A stretch of DNA of 64,000 bases from the IMG/VR virus record IMGVR_UViG_3300044957_000729; one strand, given 5' to 3'. The notes below the pieces were generated by a model, which saw nothing but the letters and a program-made list of their open reading frames with translations, ran no database searches and was not told the origin of the DNA. This stretch comes from a virus. Both the position numbers and the translations under genes were made by a program. This document shows positions 21,401 through 31,341 of this stretch, piece after piece (within the stretch, counting starts at the first letter, position 1; each line of letters opens with the position of its first letter).

Positions 21401-24045
21401 GGTATCAGTTACAAAAACCCCCTTATTCCTTTCCAGAAGAAAGCGTACATTTAGATAAGAACTATTTGGCTAGAGAGATCGATCAGTCATTCTTGACTAA
21501 TGCAAATCCAGCTTTAAGAGATTATTTCCTGGATTATTTTTCAATAGAGGGTGACGACTTAGCACAATATTATCCAGGGAGCACAACAATAAACAAAATA
21601 GGACTAACTGAAAGATATTCAGTGTTCGATTTCAATACTGGTAGTAAATTTTCTGAAACATTATTTAGAGGAGCTAAAGTAAGAATTAAAAGAACCTTTA
21701 CTGACTATGCTCAGGGAGAATCTACTAAATATATAGAGGATGATCGTTTTTATGACGACTATAAGTTTTCTTGTGTCGTAGTGCCAATAAGAAATATACT
21801 GGACGAGATACAAACACCAGTTAAAGTAAAAGTAATAGAGAATAGAACATTTAAGAATATAACTTTTATCGTTGAGGTTTTAATTGAGGATGCTAGGGTT
21901 TTAAATTTCGAAGATATAAGCCCGGAAAACCAATATCTAGATCTAGATTATTTCTTATTATACTCTTTAAAAGACAAGCTAGACAGTTCTTATTTTTCTA
22001 CGGTTGTTAGTTCTTCTCTTCCTTCCGGATTAGTAGAATTACCAACTGTTGGGGATATAAAATTATCTTCAGCTCTTAATATATCATCAGCACCTAATAT
22101 ACAAGGACTATTTTCATCGGTTAATCCAGGTACAGTGGGAAATGAGGGTGAAATTTATATTATTCCTAATCCTGATTACGAAACTGACTTAAGGGACGAA
22201 GTAAACTTTACCTATCTTCCTTCTGTTCAACCGGATTCTATTTCTGGACCTAATTCTACCAGCCCTGGATCTTTCTATGGAATTGCTGGACCTTCGCCTT
22301 ACAACGGGTATACTCTTCCTTTTCCTACTGGTGTTGGACAGGAGGTTATAAATTTTACTAACACACAGCCGGGATACGAATTTAATTTTAGCGATATTGG
22401 TATTCCTGGACCTGTTAATATACCAACTATAGCAAATTACTCCTCACTTTCTAATATTCCTATTTATCAAAGGCAAGGTGGAGTTGGCTATTGGGAAAAT
22501 ATATTAGAAAAAATATCTTTTGCTAATCTTTCCTTATGGGTAAATACTGGATATCCTTACATAGATTATTTAACTTATGAGTGGGACGAAACATCTGGTA
22601 CCACAAAGGTATTAGAGAATCAATTTGTTTTAGAGTTCATAAAGCCTTCATTCTTTGAACAGGAAACAGTTATTGTTGCGGTAGAAATAACGGATAAACC
22701 CCAAGAATTAAGCGTATTTAATGTTGGCTATGAAACTGAAGATGTTGAAGGAGAGAGTGAGCTTTATAGATATGGGGGAGAATATGTTCCTAGCTTTAGA
22801 GAAGTTTTAAATTTTGAGAATGTAAAATATGATGCTCCTGAATGGGCAATACCAAACTATAGTACATTTATAGTAAAGATAGTTGAAAAACCAGAAAAAT
22901 CATTATTATATGATATTGGTTCTACTAGTTGTTTAGAAATAGATGGTGTACCACAGGGAGAAATAAATTTAATTAAAGGAATAACTTATTATTTTGATCT
23001 TAGTGATCCTAGTAATACTGGATATCAGATATATTTTTCAGAAGAACAAATTGGTAACAACTTCTCCAATGATTCAATAACGCAGGGATATACACTAGTC
23101 GGTACACCAGGAACTACTGGAGCTTATATAGAAATGGATGTACCTTATGATTTGCCTTCCCCTATCTATTATGTAGCAGAGGGCGGAAAATTCATGGGAG
23201 GAAATATAAAAGCGATAGACTCGATAGAGTATTCTTACTGTTCTTTCGGACCATATAAAGATAATTTCGGGGTATCTAGAAATGTTAATTATTACAAATA
23301 TTCACCTCAGTGGATATTTAGGATAGGACAAAATTCTCCTTATAATCCGGTTTATAACATCATAGGAGAAACCCCAGTAGATAGAAGGAATCTTTCTATT
23401 TTCGAAAGTTCTTGGGATCCTGGATTTTATAGAGAATATACAGGCCCTACCGGATATGTAAACCTACCTGGCACAAGAGTAATGAAAGAACAAAAATCTT
23501 TCTTTGGTAGCAAATTTATGCAGACCCCGGATCTAATAAATTCTCAAAAACAATTAGTATATCCACAATCATTAAAGGATGTTCTTGATTTGAACTATAA
23601 TAACTACCCCAACTATGAAATACTATGGGAAAATAACCCAACTGAATTAAAAGGTGTTATTTTAATGGATAGAATGTTAAATAGATATTTCCTAGAAAAT
23701 GGAGGAAAAGAATCGTTTAACAAATTTATAATTCCAGAATTTGGATTTGGTAGCACATCTGATATTGATGATGATTTTAAAGAATATATGAATCAGAATA
23801 TAATTCCTATATTTCAATCCAAACTAAACAGAGGATATCTTAAAAAAATACCCATCACAGCAACCGAGACTCTAGTTCCCGTAATAGGAAATTTAGCGGA
23901 CTATCAGAAATTGATTAATGGATATTTCAATTCAGGAGAGGTGAGATACACTAAAGTGAATGATCTAAGATATGAATTTAGAATCCCTAAAGATCCTTCT
24001 TTTAACTATTCTGTCTGTTTCTCTATAGATATAGGAAAAATTTAA
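18433..24045 (+). CDS. large putative virion structural protein
   Basis: 1870 aa; contains GITYYFDLSDPSNTGY...GTPGTTGAY module seen in T4-like baseplate/fibre proteins. Confidence 0.55.
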   Translation: MARKIIKQNSSFGVLRANPRISGNVKITVDSKSDIWLNSIDSNSEMSNSYYKGFRISPETSYDKDLYRFFREGKTPSQFIFGMIGEGDPVQNQIKDLSDSYSFFYSSGVSPLISDKYDEDFSYLAPFWLGEDIPDHFVIFKLNDPIDYSYKVPVTSLVIGTTYKVLQDTSVDPQSPGYLPFQISSGSQTYTDGNVFTATSFTFNVLQGQGSVILLDPLYNMANVENTEDHFYDKILPKSTVVASFDLTENTKIGKYLRKIKTTPGYTDSLIDVRFEENQLTTFNGVNYQVGIFDKKGDYLIDYYKNPETQIGFEDFITNGFRNNGILSYKLLNLEFLFNDNDSPNYTINRYFGLYVNAPEIAKFKIDGDAFYKSQGSSGNIPVPEKNNKGYYFQETSYYQYNDNGVRLYLDPNEISGIIPNSDDVNILEETKIFWIKDKNDNFHSLKRYEDYGNSSPDPLYSVYGISGYENQLVIQDTSLDLSLLSGKDIDTRKQYPAVTTGQKGRGYSVIRIAGELNNYNENSFIFYNPLGYHGLPGAKYDIIRASDLSSTIDEWGPGSFYAQDEVYYYHPFGTNEKIAEALTGIFNSFNYNSFEAFNSGDEVVIRTNAVGAQENTKYYLDFFQNFTTLQRMPDSKRGIVFINEKDVCDINQRQSFLGGSNYSNTRVKVKIEDANKIEVGKTFIETIKSTVTDSFNNIPEYSNKGASVVIGKYRFVDQYARDEKGEIVGLKDFETHATLEIANFTESIAFGTSGSISAFNTYNVSLGIFSFYGLREIDMDFWYSQYGYTPTPEYYKHLDVQPSGITKIVPRKTYFVSNGAFVDYGGNTITGPNFFEGVVGEDQYTLATGSTGAESNVFPTLSSRGNITVGVTPSNFDYSFYPDLDAFPGFYGIQSLQFIDNAIGLDTKYKQLNFGKLNSEYDYTQDNYNPVFATNSRVSPYITKWVYRGGTDVRGNGYRLNANIAFSPLNFSPSFFRRSQDPQYFTHEWYQLQKPPYSFPEESVHLDKNYLAREIDQSFLTNANPALRDYFLDYFSIEGDDLAQYYPGSTTINKIGLTERYSVFDFNTGSKFSETLFRGAKVRIKRTFTDYAQGESTKYIEDDRFYDDYKFSCVVVPIRNILDEIQTPVKVKVIENRTFKNITFIVEVLIEDARVLNFEDISPENQYLDLDYFLLYSLKDKLDSSYFSTVVSSSLPSGLVELPTVGDIKLSSALNISSAPNIQGLFSSVNPGTVGNEGEIYIIPNPDYETDLRDEVNFTYLPSVQPDSISGPNSTSPGSFYGIAGPSPYNGYTLPFPTGVGQEVINFTNTQPGYEFNFSDIGIPGPVNIPTIANYSSLSNIPIYQRQGGVGYWENILEKISFANLSLWVNTGYPYIDYLTYEWDETSGTTKVLENQFVLEFIKPSFFEQETVIVAVEITDKPQELSVFNVGYETEDVEGESELYRYGGEYVPSFREVLNFENVKYDAPEWAIPNYSTFIVKIVEKPEKSLLYDIGSTSCLEIDGVPQGEINLIKGITYYFDLSDPSNTGYQIYFSEEQIGNNFSNDSITQGYTLVGTPGTTGAYIEMDVPYDLPSPIYYVAEGGKFMGGNIKAIDSIEYSYCSFGPYKDNFGVSRNVNYYKYSPQWIFRIGQNSPYNPVYNIIGETPVDRRNLSIFESSWDPGFYREYTGPTGYVNLPGTRVMKEQKSFFGSKFMQTPDLINSQKQLVYPQSLKDVLDLNYNNYPNYEILWENNPTELKGVILMDRMLNRYFLENGGKESFNKFIIPEFGFGSTSDIDDDFKEYMNQNIIPIFQSKLNRGYLKKIPITATETLVPVIGNLADYQKLINGYFNSGEVRYTKVNDLRYEFRIPKDPSFNYSVCFSIDIGKI

Positions 24046-24062
24046 TAGAGGGATGGATTTTT

Positions 24063-24070
24063 GATATATA
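24063..24070 (+). promoter_or_regulatory. GATATATA candidate late promoter
   Basis: intergenic, 18 nt before the fibre gene ATG; one of about 18 such intergenic sites. Confidence 0.6.
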
Positions 24071-24088
24071 ATGTAACTATAAAAAGAG

Positions 24089-26752
24089 ATGCCACAGATT
24101 AATATACTAAATATTTTACAAGGAGACAACCAGTCTACCATAGTTGATAAATTAAATTATAATTTCGATCAAATACTTAGTGCAGGTGGAGGACCACAGG
24201 GAGCTCAAGGATTGATAGGTCCTACGGGACCGATTGGACCTCAAGGACCACAAGGGGTTCAGGGAGTACAAGGACCTTCCGGAACTAAATGGTTTGTACA
24301 GGATACATCGCCTGCTTCAGGTGGAATTACTGGATCAAATCCTTTTAATTTTCCAACTTTGGGTGATTATTGGCTAGATCCGGACTCAGCAAATCAGGAT
24401 ATTTATGTGTTCACTGCCACTGGATGGGTTAACACGGGATATGGATTAAGTGCTGGGGATTTATTTCAGAAGGTAACCCCTGTTAATATAATTGGCGGTG
24501 CAACTGCTCAGGCTATATTAATGGCTGGTGCAACCGCAGGAGATAAGGGATTGGTATTATCCGATTCCACTGTTAATGAATACACACCAGGAGGTATTTC
24601 CATAGACAATTTAAACTTTGAAAACGCAAAGCTAAAGATTGCTACAAAGGACGATAGAACAAAATTAATAAGTTTTGCTAGATCCACTTTTGATATAAGT
24701 TCGAGCGGATCTGGTTCAACCGGGAGCTTTTACAATCCATATTTTTCTTGGGACCTTTCTGTTAACCCTTCCGGATCTACTGGTGTGGGTTTAGGATTTT
24801 ATAATCTTAGCTTTGTAAATCCTAAGGGATCAATAGGAATAGTATCTAATGGAGCAACTGCTGAGTCTGGTATAAATATGCTGAGCAGCAGTGAGATAAC
24901 CGCAACTTCATCTAGCGATAATATCTTACTTAAGACGTCTTCGATTAATAAAGGGACTTTTATAGATGCTAGTTCTAATGGAGGATTTTTAGAACTTTCT
25001 AATAATACATCTACGCCTTCTAATCAAGCCGATGCACCCATTTTTGCTAACTCTACCGGAGTAGGATTAGGATTAGGGACCGGACAGTTTAAACATGTCG
25101 GTGTTTCTGTTGATAACCGAAGATTAGCAGTTAATGGTAACGTAAGTATAGGAACAGGATCTGCGCCTCATACATCTTCCTTATTTGTTGGACAATCGGG
25201 AACGCCTAATTATAATAAAGGGGTTTTATTCACAGAGGGACATGCTATGTTTGGGTACACTGATCCGACCGGAGATAACTCTGGAGGATTACAAACAACT
25301 GGACCTTCGGAGCTAGCTGGAAGATATCCTCAACTGTTTGTTACATCTCCTAACTTCGGTCCGGGTATACAAATAAAAACTAAAGGAGCTAATTATTCTC
25401 CTAGAACAATAATAGGTGACGGCATCTTTGACGGATCTGGGACAGGTCCTAGTATAGTTCAAGAATTTTTTGCAGGGACTGGGTATAACTTAGGTGGTTT
25501 TAATCAACCCTTAATAAATTACACTCAGAAGATATCAAATGTATCTAACTCAGGATCTTCTGGTCCTGTTTTTTCGGTTACAACATTTGTAAATGGCGGT
25601 GTTTATAATTATGTTAATTCAGCATACAGAACTCTTATAGAAACTAAAAATTCTAATAAGAGATTAGAAATTATGGCCAATGGTACTGGTGGAGGAAACA
25701 CCATTACTATGGGAACAATAAATAGTTCTTTATTATCAATTTACGGTGCTTCTGGGAGTACATCCGGAGGGGTTTCTATTGGAGTTAATTCTAATATCTC
25801 TCCAGAATTAGCCTCACTAACAGGTGCAACATTTCGAGCAAATAATAGAGCTAATCACAGTTTATATGTTACTGGAGTTCAAACAATAGGTACAGACGAT
25901 CCACGTTCTCTATTTAATTTAGCTGCAACAGGTACTAATAAACCAGTTGGTGGTAACTCTTTACTAAAAGTACATAGAAATTTATATTCTACAACTTCTA
26001 CACTTGGAAAGGGGACTTTTGCTACTGGGTTTTCAGTGAACAATTATCCAAATGGAATAGAAATAACCTCTATTGTTCCTCTAAATCCATCTACTGGACC
26101 TAGCGCTAATGATTCTGTTGCTATTGCAGTAGGTGCATCAACGGGGGCATCCCCGGTAACTGCAGCAAGCGCTACTGGATTCTTCGTTTCTAATTTGGGT
26201 ACAAACATATCAGTAGGACAGTCCATAGATTACAATGCTGCTATTGGTGTATCTGGGGCAGGAAATGATGCAGCAATAAGTGCTAAAGGAAATATTAGCG
26301 GAATAGGGAATCTTAATATAAGTGCTACCGGTACTTTTGGGGGCAACGTTAATGCTTCTGGTGGAAATATAACTAATTCATTAAACGTTGGTGACGGGCT
26401 TTTTCAAGGAGGATCAATAACTTTAAATGCAAGAACCCCGATATACAATATGATATCGGGTAAAGCTATTGCTCATATAAACGGGTCAACAGCGACTATA
26501 GTTTACGGAACAGGATTTACCGTCGGAATGGTTGCTTCTGGACTTAACACCGCAAAATTAAGAGTAACTTATAGTAATCCTTTTTCTACCAGTAATGTTA
26601 TTGCAATCCCGACGTATACTAGCGCCAGTTCAGGTATTCCAACTATAGATGTGGTTCACTTTAATTCCACAACAACATTCACTGATTTTATAATATTAGG
26701 TGCGGCGACCGGAACACTTACAGTTAGCTTTATAATACAGGAAATAGGTTAA
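24089..26752 (+). CDS. tail fibre protein with collagen-like repeat
   Basis: DKLNYNFDQI N-terminal motif, GPQGAQGLIGPTGPIGPQGPQGVQGVQGPSG Gly-X-Y run, G/S/T-rich shaft. Confidence 0.75.
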   Translation: MPQINILNILQGDNQSTIVDKLNYNFDQILSAGGGPQGAQGLIGPTGPIGPQGPQGVQGVQGPSGTKWFVQDTSPASGGITGSNPFNFPTLGDYWLDPDSANQDIYVFTATGWVNTGYGLSAGDLFQKVTPVNIIGGATAQAILMAGATAGDKGLVLSDSTVNEYTPGGISIDNLNFENAKLKIATKDDRTKLISFARSTFDISSSGSGSTGSFYNPYFSWDLSVNPSGSTGVGLGFYNLSFVNPKGSIGIVSNGATAESGINMLSSSEITATSSSDNILLKTSSINKGTFIDASSNGGFLELSNNTSTPSNQADAPIFANSTGVGLGLGTGQFKHVGVSVDNRRLAVNGNVSIGTGSAPHTSSLFVGQSGTPNYNKGVLFTEGHAMFGYTDPTGDNSGGLQTTGPSELAGRYPQLFVTSPNFGPGIQIKTKGANYSPRTIIGDGIFDGSGTGPSIVQEFFAGTGYNLGGFNQPLINYTQKISNVSNSGSSGPVFSVTTFVNGGVYNYVNSAYRTLIETKNSNKRLEIMANGTGGGNTITMGTINSSLLSIYGASGSTSGGVSIGVNSNISPELASLTGATFRANNRANHSLYVTGVQTIGTDDPRSLFNLAATGTNKPVGGNSLLKVHRNLYSTTSTLGKGTFATGFSVNNYPNGIEITSIVPLNPSTGPSANDSVAIAVGASTGASPVTAASATGFFVSNLGTNISVGQSIDYNAAIGVSGAGNDAAISAKGNISGIGNLNISATGTFGGNVNASGGNITNSLNVGDGLFQGGSITLNARTPIYNMISGKAIAHINGSTATIVYGTGFTVGMVASGLNTAKLRVTYSNPFSTSNVIAIPTYTSASSGIPTIDVVHFNSTTTFTDFIILGAATGTLTVSFIIQEIG

Positions 26753-26754
26753 TC

Positions 26755-26970
26755 ATGGATAAAAATTGGTTCATACAAAGATATTCAGATATACATAATG
26801 ATCTGAATAAACTTGAAAGAGAGATAGAAGAGCATTTAAAAAATAAAAAAGATCTATTAGAAAATGATCAAAAATTGGAAGATCTAAAAAGAAAAACAAT
26901 TGAGACCATAGATCTATTAAATAAAACAAGAAAAGATGAAAGAAGAATTTTTAATTACCAAAATTCTTAA
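26755..26970 (+). CDS. hypothetical coiled-coil protein
   Basis: 71 aa, charged and helical; starts 2 nt after the fibre stop. Confidence 0.55.
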   Translation: MDKNWFIQRYSDIHNDLNKLEREIEEHLKNKKDLLENDQKLEDLKRKTIETIDLLNKTRKDERRIFNYQNS

Positions 26971-27733
26971 AAGAAAAGATATAGTGCTTGTTGCAGTTAT
27001 TGCAATATTACTCTTATTGCTATTTAGACAGTGTAGAAGCAACGCGGATCTTAGGTCCCAGATGTTTGTACAAAATCACAATTTAGCTGCTCTGAAAGAC
27101 TCTGTAAGAGTCCAAAAAAATAGAGCAGGGGAAGACATGTATGTTAGAAAAACCCTTTTTGCTTCTAAAAAGAATTTGGAGGATCTAAATAAGAATCTTT
27201 CTGACGAGCTTAAGAAAGTTAAAGGACAGGTTATTGTTATACATGATGTAGAAACAGTTGTTGAGACTGACACCCAATACGTTAATAACTATCTTACAAT
27301 TTACAAGGATGGAAGTTATAGTTTGGATTGGAAATTTGATACAATATTTTCAGCTAACAATTACAGGAAATTTTCAGGTAATAGCTTCTTTAAAATAGAT
27401 TCAGTTACCAATAAAGTGACCCCCGGTGTTACCAGAATAAATAAGGACGAAATGGGATTTTCTTTTGTAACTGGACTAAGGGAGAAGGATAAATCCCTAG
27501 AGATTTTTGTAACCCCTAAATATCCAGGAATGAAGATAACTGATATTGAGGGTGCTATTATTGATCCCTATAAATCTACTGTTTTAAAGAATATGTTTCC
27601 GACTAAGAAATTCTCTGTAGGTCCTTATGTTGGGGTTGGACTTGGGGGTGGCTATGGTATAAACGGGAAACCAATAATAGGTGCAATGTTTAACGTCGGA
27701 GTGGGTATACAATTTTCTATCATTAAATTTTAA
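26936..27733 (+). CDS. membrane protein, candidate spanin-like lysis protein
   Basis: N-terminal TM helix (IVLVAVIAILLLLLF), coiled coil, C-terminal amphipathic beta strands ending in Phe. Confidence 0.45.
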   Translation: MKEEFLITKILKRKDIVLVAVIAILLLLLFRQCRSNADLRSQMFVQNHNLAALKDSVRVQKNRAGEDMYVRKTLFASKKNLEDLNKNLSDELKKVKGQVIVIHDVETVVETDTQYVNNYLTIYKDGSYSLDWKFDTIFSANNYRKFSGNSFFKIDSVTNKVTPGVTRINKDEMGFSFVTGLREKDKSLEIFVTPKYPGMKITDIEGAIIDPYKSTVLKNMFPTKKFSVGPYVGVGLGGGYGINGKPIIGAMFNVGVGIQFSIIKF

Positions 27734-27734
27734 G

Positions 27735-27742
27735 GATATATA
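27735..27742 (+). promoter_or_regulatory. GATATATA candidate late promoter
   Basis: intergenic, just upstream of ATG 27747. Confidence 0.55.
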
Positions 27743-27746
27743 AATC

Positions 27747-30080
27747 ATGGCTTATACCTCAACGGAAAGATTTATAAAGTTTGGTAGTTACCTATTAATG
27801 GAGTATGACTACACTACTGCACCGACTCCTGAAATTTATTATGTTAACACTGGTAATCCTGCTATAGGATATGAGAAAATTGTTAATGGATATTTCAATA
27901 ATGCTGTTCAGATATTAAATAACCCAGCATCTGAATTCACGACGGGAAACGTAAGGGATCTTAGTGTTGTACAAACTGACAAAAATAGATTTGTAACCCT
28001 AGATCAGGATTATTTAGTTCCCTATCTAGATACCGATCCTAAATTAACCCCGGTAAACAATTTACCTGTCGTATTTCCTTCTAACATAGGAGTTTATTAT
28101 GACACTATAAAATTCCATATAGTAGCAGGATACAATTTCGAAAACATAGATGGTATAATAATAAAAGGAGAATTCCAAGAAAGAACAGGAAAGAAAGCAA
28201 CTATATTTCAAAGATTAATAACTAAATCTGACACTTCTTCTGTGGTGCTTAATCCTAACCCTATCTATTTAGGTGGTGCTCTTTATGATCATTACATAGA
28301 GGTAAAGATTCCTGCTTATGCTAACATGGTTTATGAGTTTGATATATTAGCAAATACTCCCGCACAGGCAAACACTTTAGCAGCTAAGATATCTTCAGAT
28401 GGAAATGGATTTTTAAAGGACGCTCCGATAAACGTGTCCTTGTATGAGGTAACCCAGACTGTTCTTAAGAATGGATATGAAAATTATATAGCACAGTTAA
28501 GAAGCTCTCTGTCCGTAATACCTAAGGATAATTTTTCTTCCTTAGCTGCTGTTATTCAACAAAATCAATTTTACAACTATCTAGAATTTTATCCAACCTG
28601 GGATGGAAATTTTTTAGAGGATTTTCTAAACGCTGAAGGTAAAGTTGGAAACATTTATTATGTGATAAATGAAATAGAAGTTAAAGAACAAGTTGGACTA
28701 ACATATATTACAACTTATAACTTCAGTAACACACAGGCGCAAGATTTTAATGCTCCTAGTATATTTAGGCCGATTCTTATAAATCCATTAACCACTTCTT
28801 TCTTAGTTAACTACACTATGAGATTAGTTAATAAGGGAAATCAGAATCAAATAATCAGAAGATCGTCTATTAGTTCTTTCGATGTAAACAAATACGGGAA
28901 AGAAAACAATGTGATCTCCCTTACTACTGGAGCTTATTCACAGAAGGTTTATAATAAAATAGTTCAAGCACCAAACGTTGTATCTGGTGGAATTATACCA
29001 AATCCTGCTGCTCCTATAGAAAAAAGAATTCCAGTTTTTTATAAGGATAACAGCATATCAATAACGAAAGAAACATTGGTAATAGATAGGAATGGTGATT
29101 TGATATCAGAAACATCAGTTCCTGGTGCAACCCAAATATTTGGACAAGGCAAAGGAAAAATAGTTGTTGATCCTTTTGATAACTTCTACAAGTTTACAGT
29201 CTATAATTACAAGGAAGGAACATCTCCTGAAATAATTGATCTTGGAACATCCCTAAGTTACTATATAGTTTTTCTTGATAGCAGCGGACAAAGTGTAAGA
29301 GTTGAGAATATAAAAAATAAATCGACTGTTTCTAATCCTTCTGCTGGACAGATAGCATTTAAAGTTGTAGATACTAATTCTAAAAAAGTATTAGGGTTTA
29401 CATCAAGGGATTTTTATATTATAACAAAAACACCAGATGGAACTGAAACTAAGCTATATTCCGGATCTTGGGAAACCCAGGCAGAATTTATAGCAAGAAC
29501 AAGTGTTACTACTGGAGAAGTTACACCAGCTACGGGAGGAGTTACTGGAGCTAGCGTTGTTACTACTACAGACGTGGCAGTTACTGGATCGACCGGAACA
29601 ACTGGAGCTAGTACATCTGAAGGAAATCAAATAACTTCTAAAGTTCCTGTAACAAAATCTCTTAAAATTAAAAAACCTTATCGTCTAGGAAGTAGCTCTA
29701 TCCTTAGTGTTAAACCTGCATCTCTTTTAAACACAACTGGGGGTTTCGTAAAAACAGGAAAGGGAGAAACTACTACGCCTTTAAAGAGTAGCATACAGGC
29801 TAACAATATAAACATTGATGCTTTGGCAGATTCTATATCAGGAAGAGAATCTCAGGGCTTAAGTGTGCAGAAGGTTGTTAATTATTATTTTACTCCAGGA
29901 GCGCCAGGTGCTAATTTATTTAAAGGACTTAAAGCAGCTCAGTTCTTAACAGCAGCTCTCCAAGTTCACCCAAAACTAGAAAATGGAGCATTCGACAAAA
30001 AATATATACAATACTGTAACGCTTTAGGATTTCCAGTTACTGACGATCCCAATTCTGCTAAAAATAACCCTAATAAATGA
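27747..30080 (+). CDS. putative virion structural protein
   Basis: 777 aa, beta-rich with T/G-rich linker; late-type motif upstream. Confidence 0.5.
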   Translation: MAYTSTERFIKFGSYLLMEYDYTTAPTPEIYYVNTGNPAIGYEKIVNGYFNNAVQILNNPASEFTTGNVRDLSVVQTDKNRFVTLDQDYLVPYLDTDPKLTPVNNLPVVFPSNIGVYYDTIKFHIVAGYNFENIDGIIIKGEFQERTGKKATIFQRLITKSDTSSVVLNPNPIYLGGALYDHYIEVKIPAYANMVYEFDILANTPAQANTLAAKISSDGNGFLKDAPINVSLYEVTQTVLKNGYENYIAQLRSSLSVIPKDNFSSLAAVIQQNQFYNYLEFYPTWDGNFLEDFLNAEGKVGNIYYVINEIEVKEQVGLTYITTYNFSNTQAQDFNAPSIFRPILINPLTTSFLVNYTMRLVNKGNQNQIIRRSSISSFDVNKYGKENNVISLTTGAYSQKVYNKIVQAPNVVSGGIIPNPAAPIEKRIPVFYKDNSISITKETLVIDRNGDLISETSVPGATQIFGQGKGKIVVDPFDNFYKFTVYNYKEGTSPEIIDLGTSLSYYIVFLDSSGQSVRVENIKNKSTVSNPSAGQIAFKVVDTNSKKVLGFTSRDFYIITKTPDGTETKLYSGSWETQAEFIARTSVTTGEVTPATGGVTGASVVTTTDVAVTGSTGTTGASTSEGNQITSKVPVTKSLKIKKPYRLGSSSILSVKPASLLNTTGGFVKTGKGETTTPLKSSIQANNINIDALADSISGRESQGLSVQKVVNYYFTPGAPGANLFKGLKAAQFLTAALQVHPKLENGAFDKKYIQYCNALGFPVTDDPNSAKNNPNK

Positions 30081-30628
30081 TTTTAAATGTCAGGCAAAAT
30101 GGCTTCATATTCAATTTTCCAAAGGGATTTATTTTACCTGAAGTCCTTCAAAAGTATGAAAAGTATATCAATAGGATGCCTATTCCTTATGATACCGTAG
30201 ATAACTTTATAAACTCTACGATACAGCAGGTTAACTTCCCAACTCTAAGAACTATAGATTCAGTAGAACAAGTTAGACCCGGTGGATTTAAACAGACATA
30301 TAAAAGCGCGACAACTCTCCAGAATTTAATTCAGAGGGATTTCACAGTAACTTTTAAATTGGGCGAGGGATTTATAAACTATTGGGTCCTTTACGAGAAC
30401 ATCATAAAGTTTTTAGATTTCCAAAATCCTAACGAGTATCTTCCCGACTTCAGATTGTTACTTCTCGATAATGATGGAGTTGTTATGGCTAGTGTACTTT
30501 TACAGCAGCCAATATACACCTCACTGTCTGAGATACAATTAAACTATGCTAGCACTACCCCTCAATTTTCCACTTTTAGTATAGGCTTTAAATGCAACTA
30601 CGTTAATCTTAATCTTGAAATCGGATAG
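30077..30628 (+). CDS. tail completion/tube-fold protein, T4 gp3-like
   Basis: FTVTFKLGEGFINYW...LLLLDNDG...TSLSEIQL...TFSIGFK pattern resembles the gp3/gp19 tube fold; 183 aa. Confidence 0.55.
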   Translation: MILNVRQNGFIFNFPKGFILPEVLQKYEKYINRMPIPYDTVDNFINSTIQQVNFPTLRTIDSVEQVRPGGFKQTYKSATTLQNLIQRDFTVTFKLGEGFINYWVLYENIIKFLDFQNPNEYLPDFRLLLLDNDGVVMASVLLQQPIYTSLSEIQLNYASTTPQFSTFSIGFKCNYVNLNLEIG

Positions 30629-31301
30629 AATAATAGGTATAGATTTCTCATTGAATTCTCCTGGTATTTGTATATTGGAAGAAACATCTTGTAAGTGGAT
30701 TAGTCTTCACCGAACAAAAAACATTATAGATAAGATGCTGAAAAAGGAGGGATCTCCTTTTCATGTGTTGAATGATAGTAAATCAATAGATATAAATATA
30801 ATCGAGAAAAAAGAATTTAAGGGGGAATATCACATAATAGAAAGGGACAAAATAGTAAATGCAGTTTATTTTTCTGAAAAACTAATAGATTTAATTGATC
30901 CGTATTTAAATGAAAAAACTATAGTTGGTATGGAGGGACTTTCGTTTGGATCTTCCGGTAATTCTCTTATTGATATTTCTATGACTACTGCTTTGGTTAG
31001 ATCTGGTATAATAAAAAAGATAGATCCTAATAATTTTTTTATCCTATCACCCACGGCAATTAAAAAATATGCTTTAAGGGGAAACTCAAAGAAGGATGAA
31101 TTATATAATACATTAGTAGAGAAAAGAATTGATGACGATAGACTTAAGCCATTTTTGAGTATTTTAAAAGAATATAGGGATTTGTGGGTAAAAGGAACTA
31201 ATAAAGTGGAAGGTCCTTGTTCCGATTTAGTGGATGCAACATGGATATCTTTATTCGTTGAGAAAAATTTAGAGAAACTTTTATCTGGTAAGAAGATATA
31301 A
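30615..31301 (+). CDS. RuvC-like Holliday junction resolvase
   Basis: IGIDFSLNSPG, MEGLSFGS, PTAIKK, DLVDA RNase H-fold catalytic motifs. Confidence 0.8.
   Translation: MKSDRIIGIDFSLNSPGICILEETSCKWISLHRTKNIIDKMLKKEGSPFHVLNDSKSIDINIIEKKEFKGEYHIIERDKIVNAVYFSEKLIDLIDPYLNEKTIVGMEGLSFGSSGNSLIDISMTTALVRSGIIKKIDPNNFFILSPTAIKKYALRGNSKKDELYNTLVEKRIDDDRLKPFLSILKEYRDLWVKGTNKVEGPCSDLVDATWISLFVEKNLEKLLSGKKI
31274..31301 (+). promoter_or_regulatory. GAAAC-N18-TATAA candidate middle/replication promoter
   Basis: same bipartite motif upstream of SSB, polymerase and topoisomerase. Confidence 0.45.
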
Positions 31302-31341
31302 GTATTAAATAATAAGTAATAATTTAAATAATTTAAGTATC

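Noticed and set aside
24190-24282. 9-bp periodic GGNCCN repeats
   Set aside because: Collagen Gly-X-Y coding periodicity
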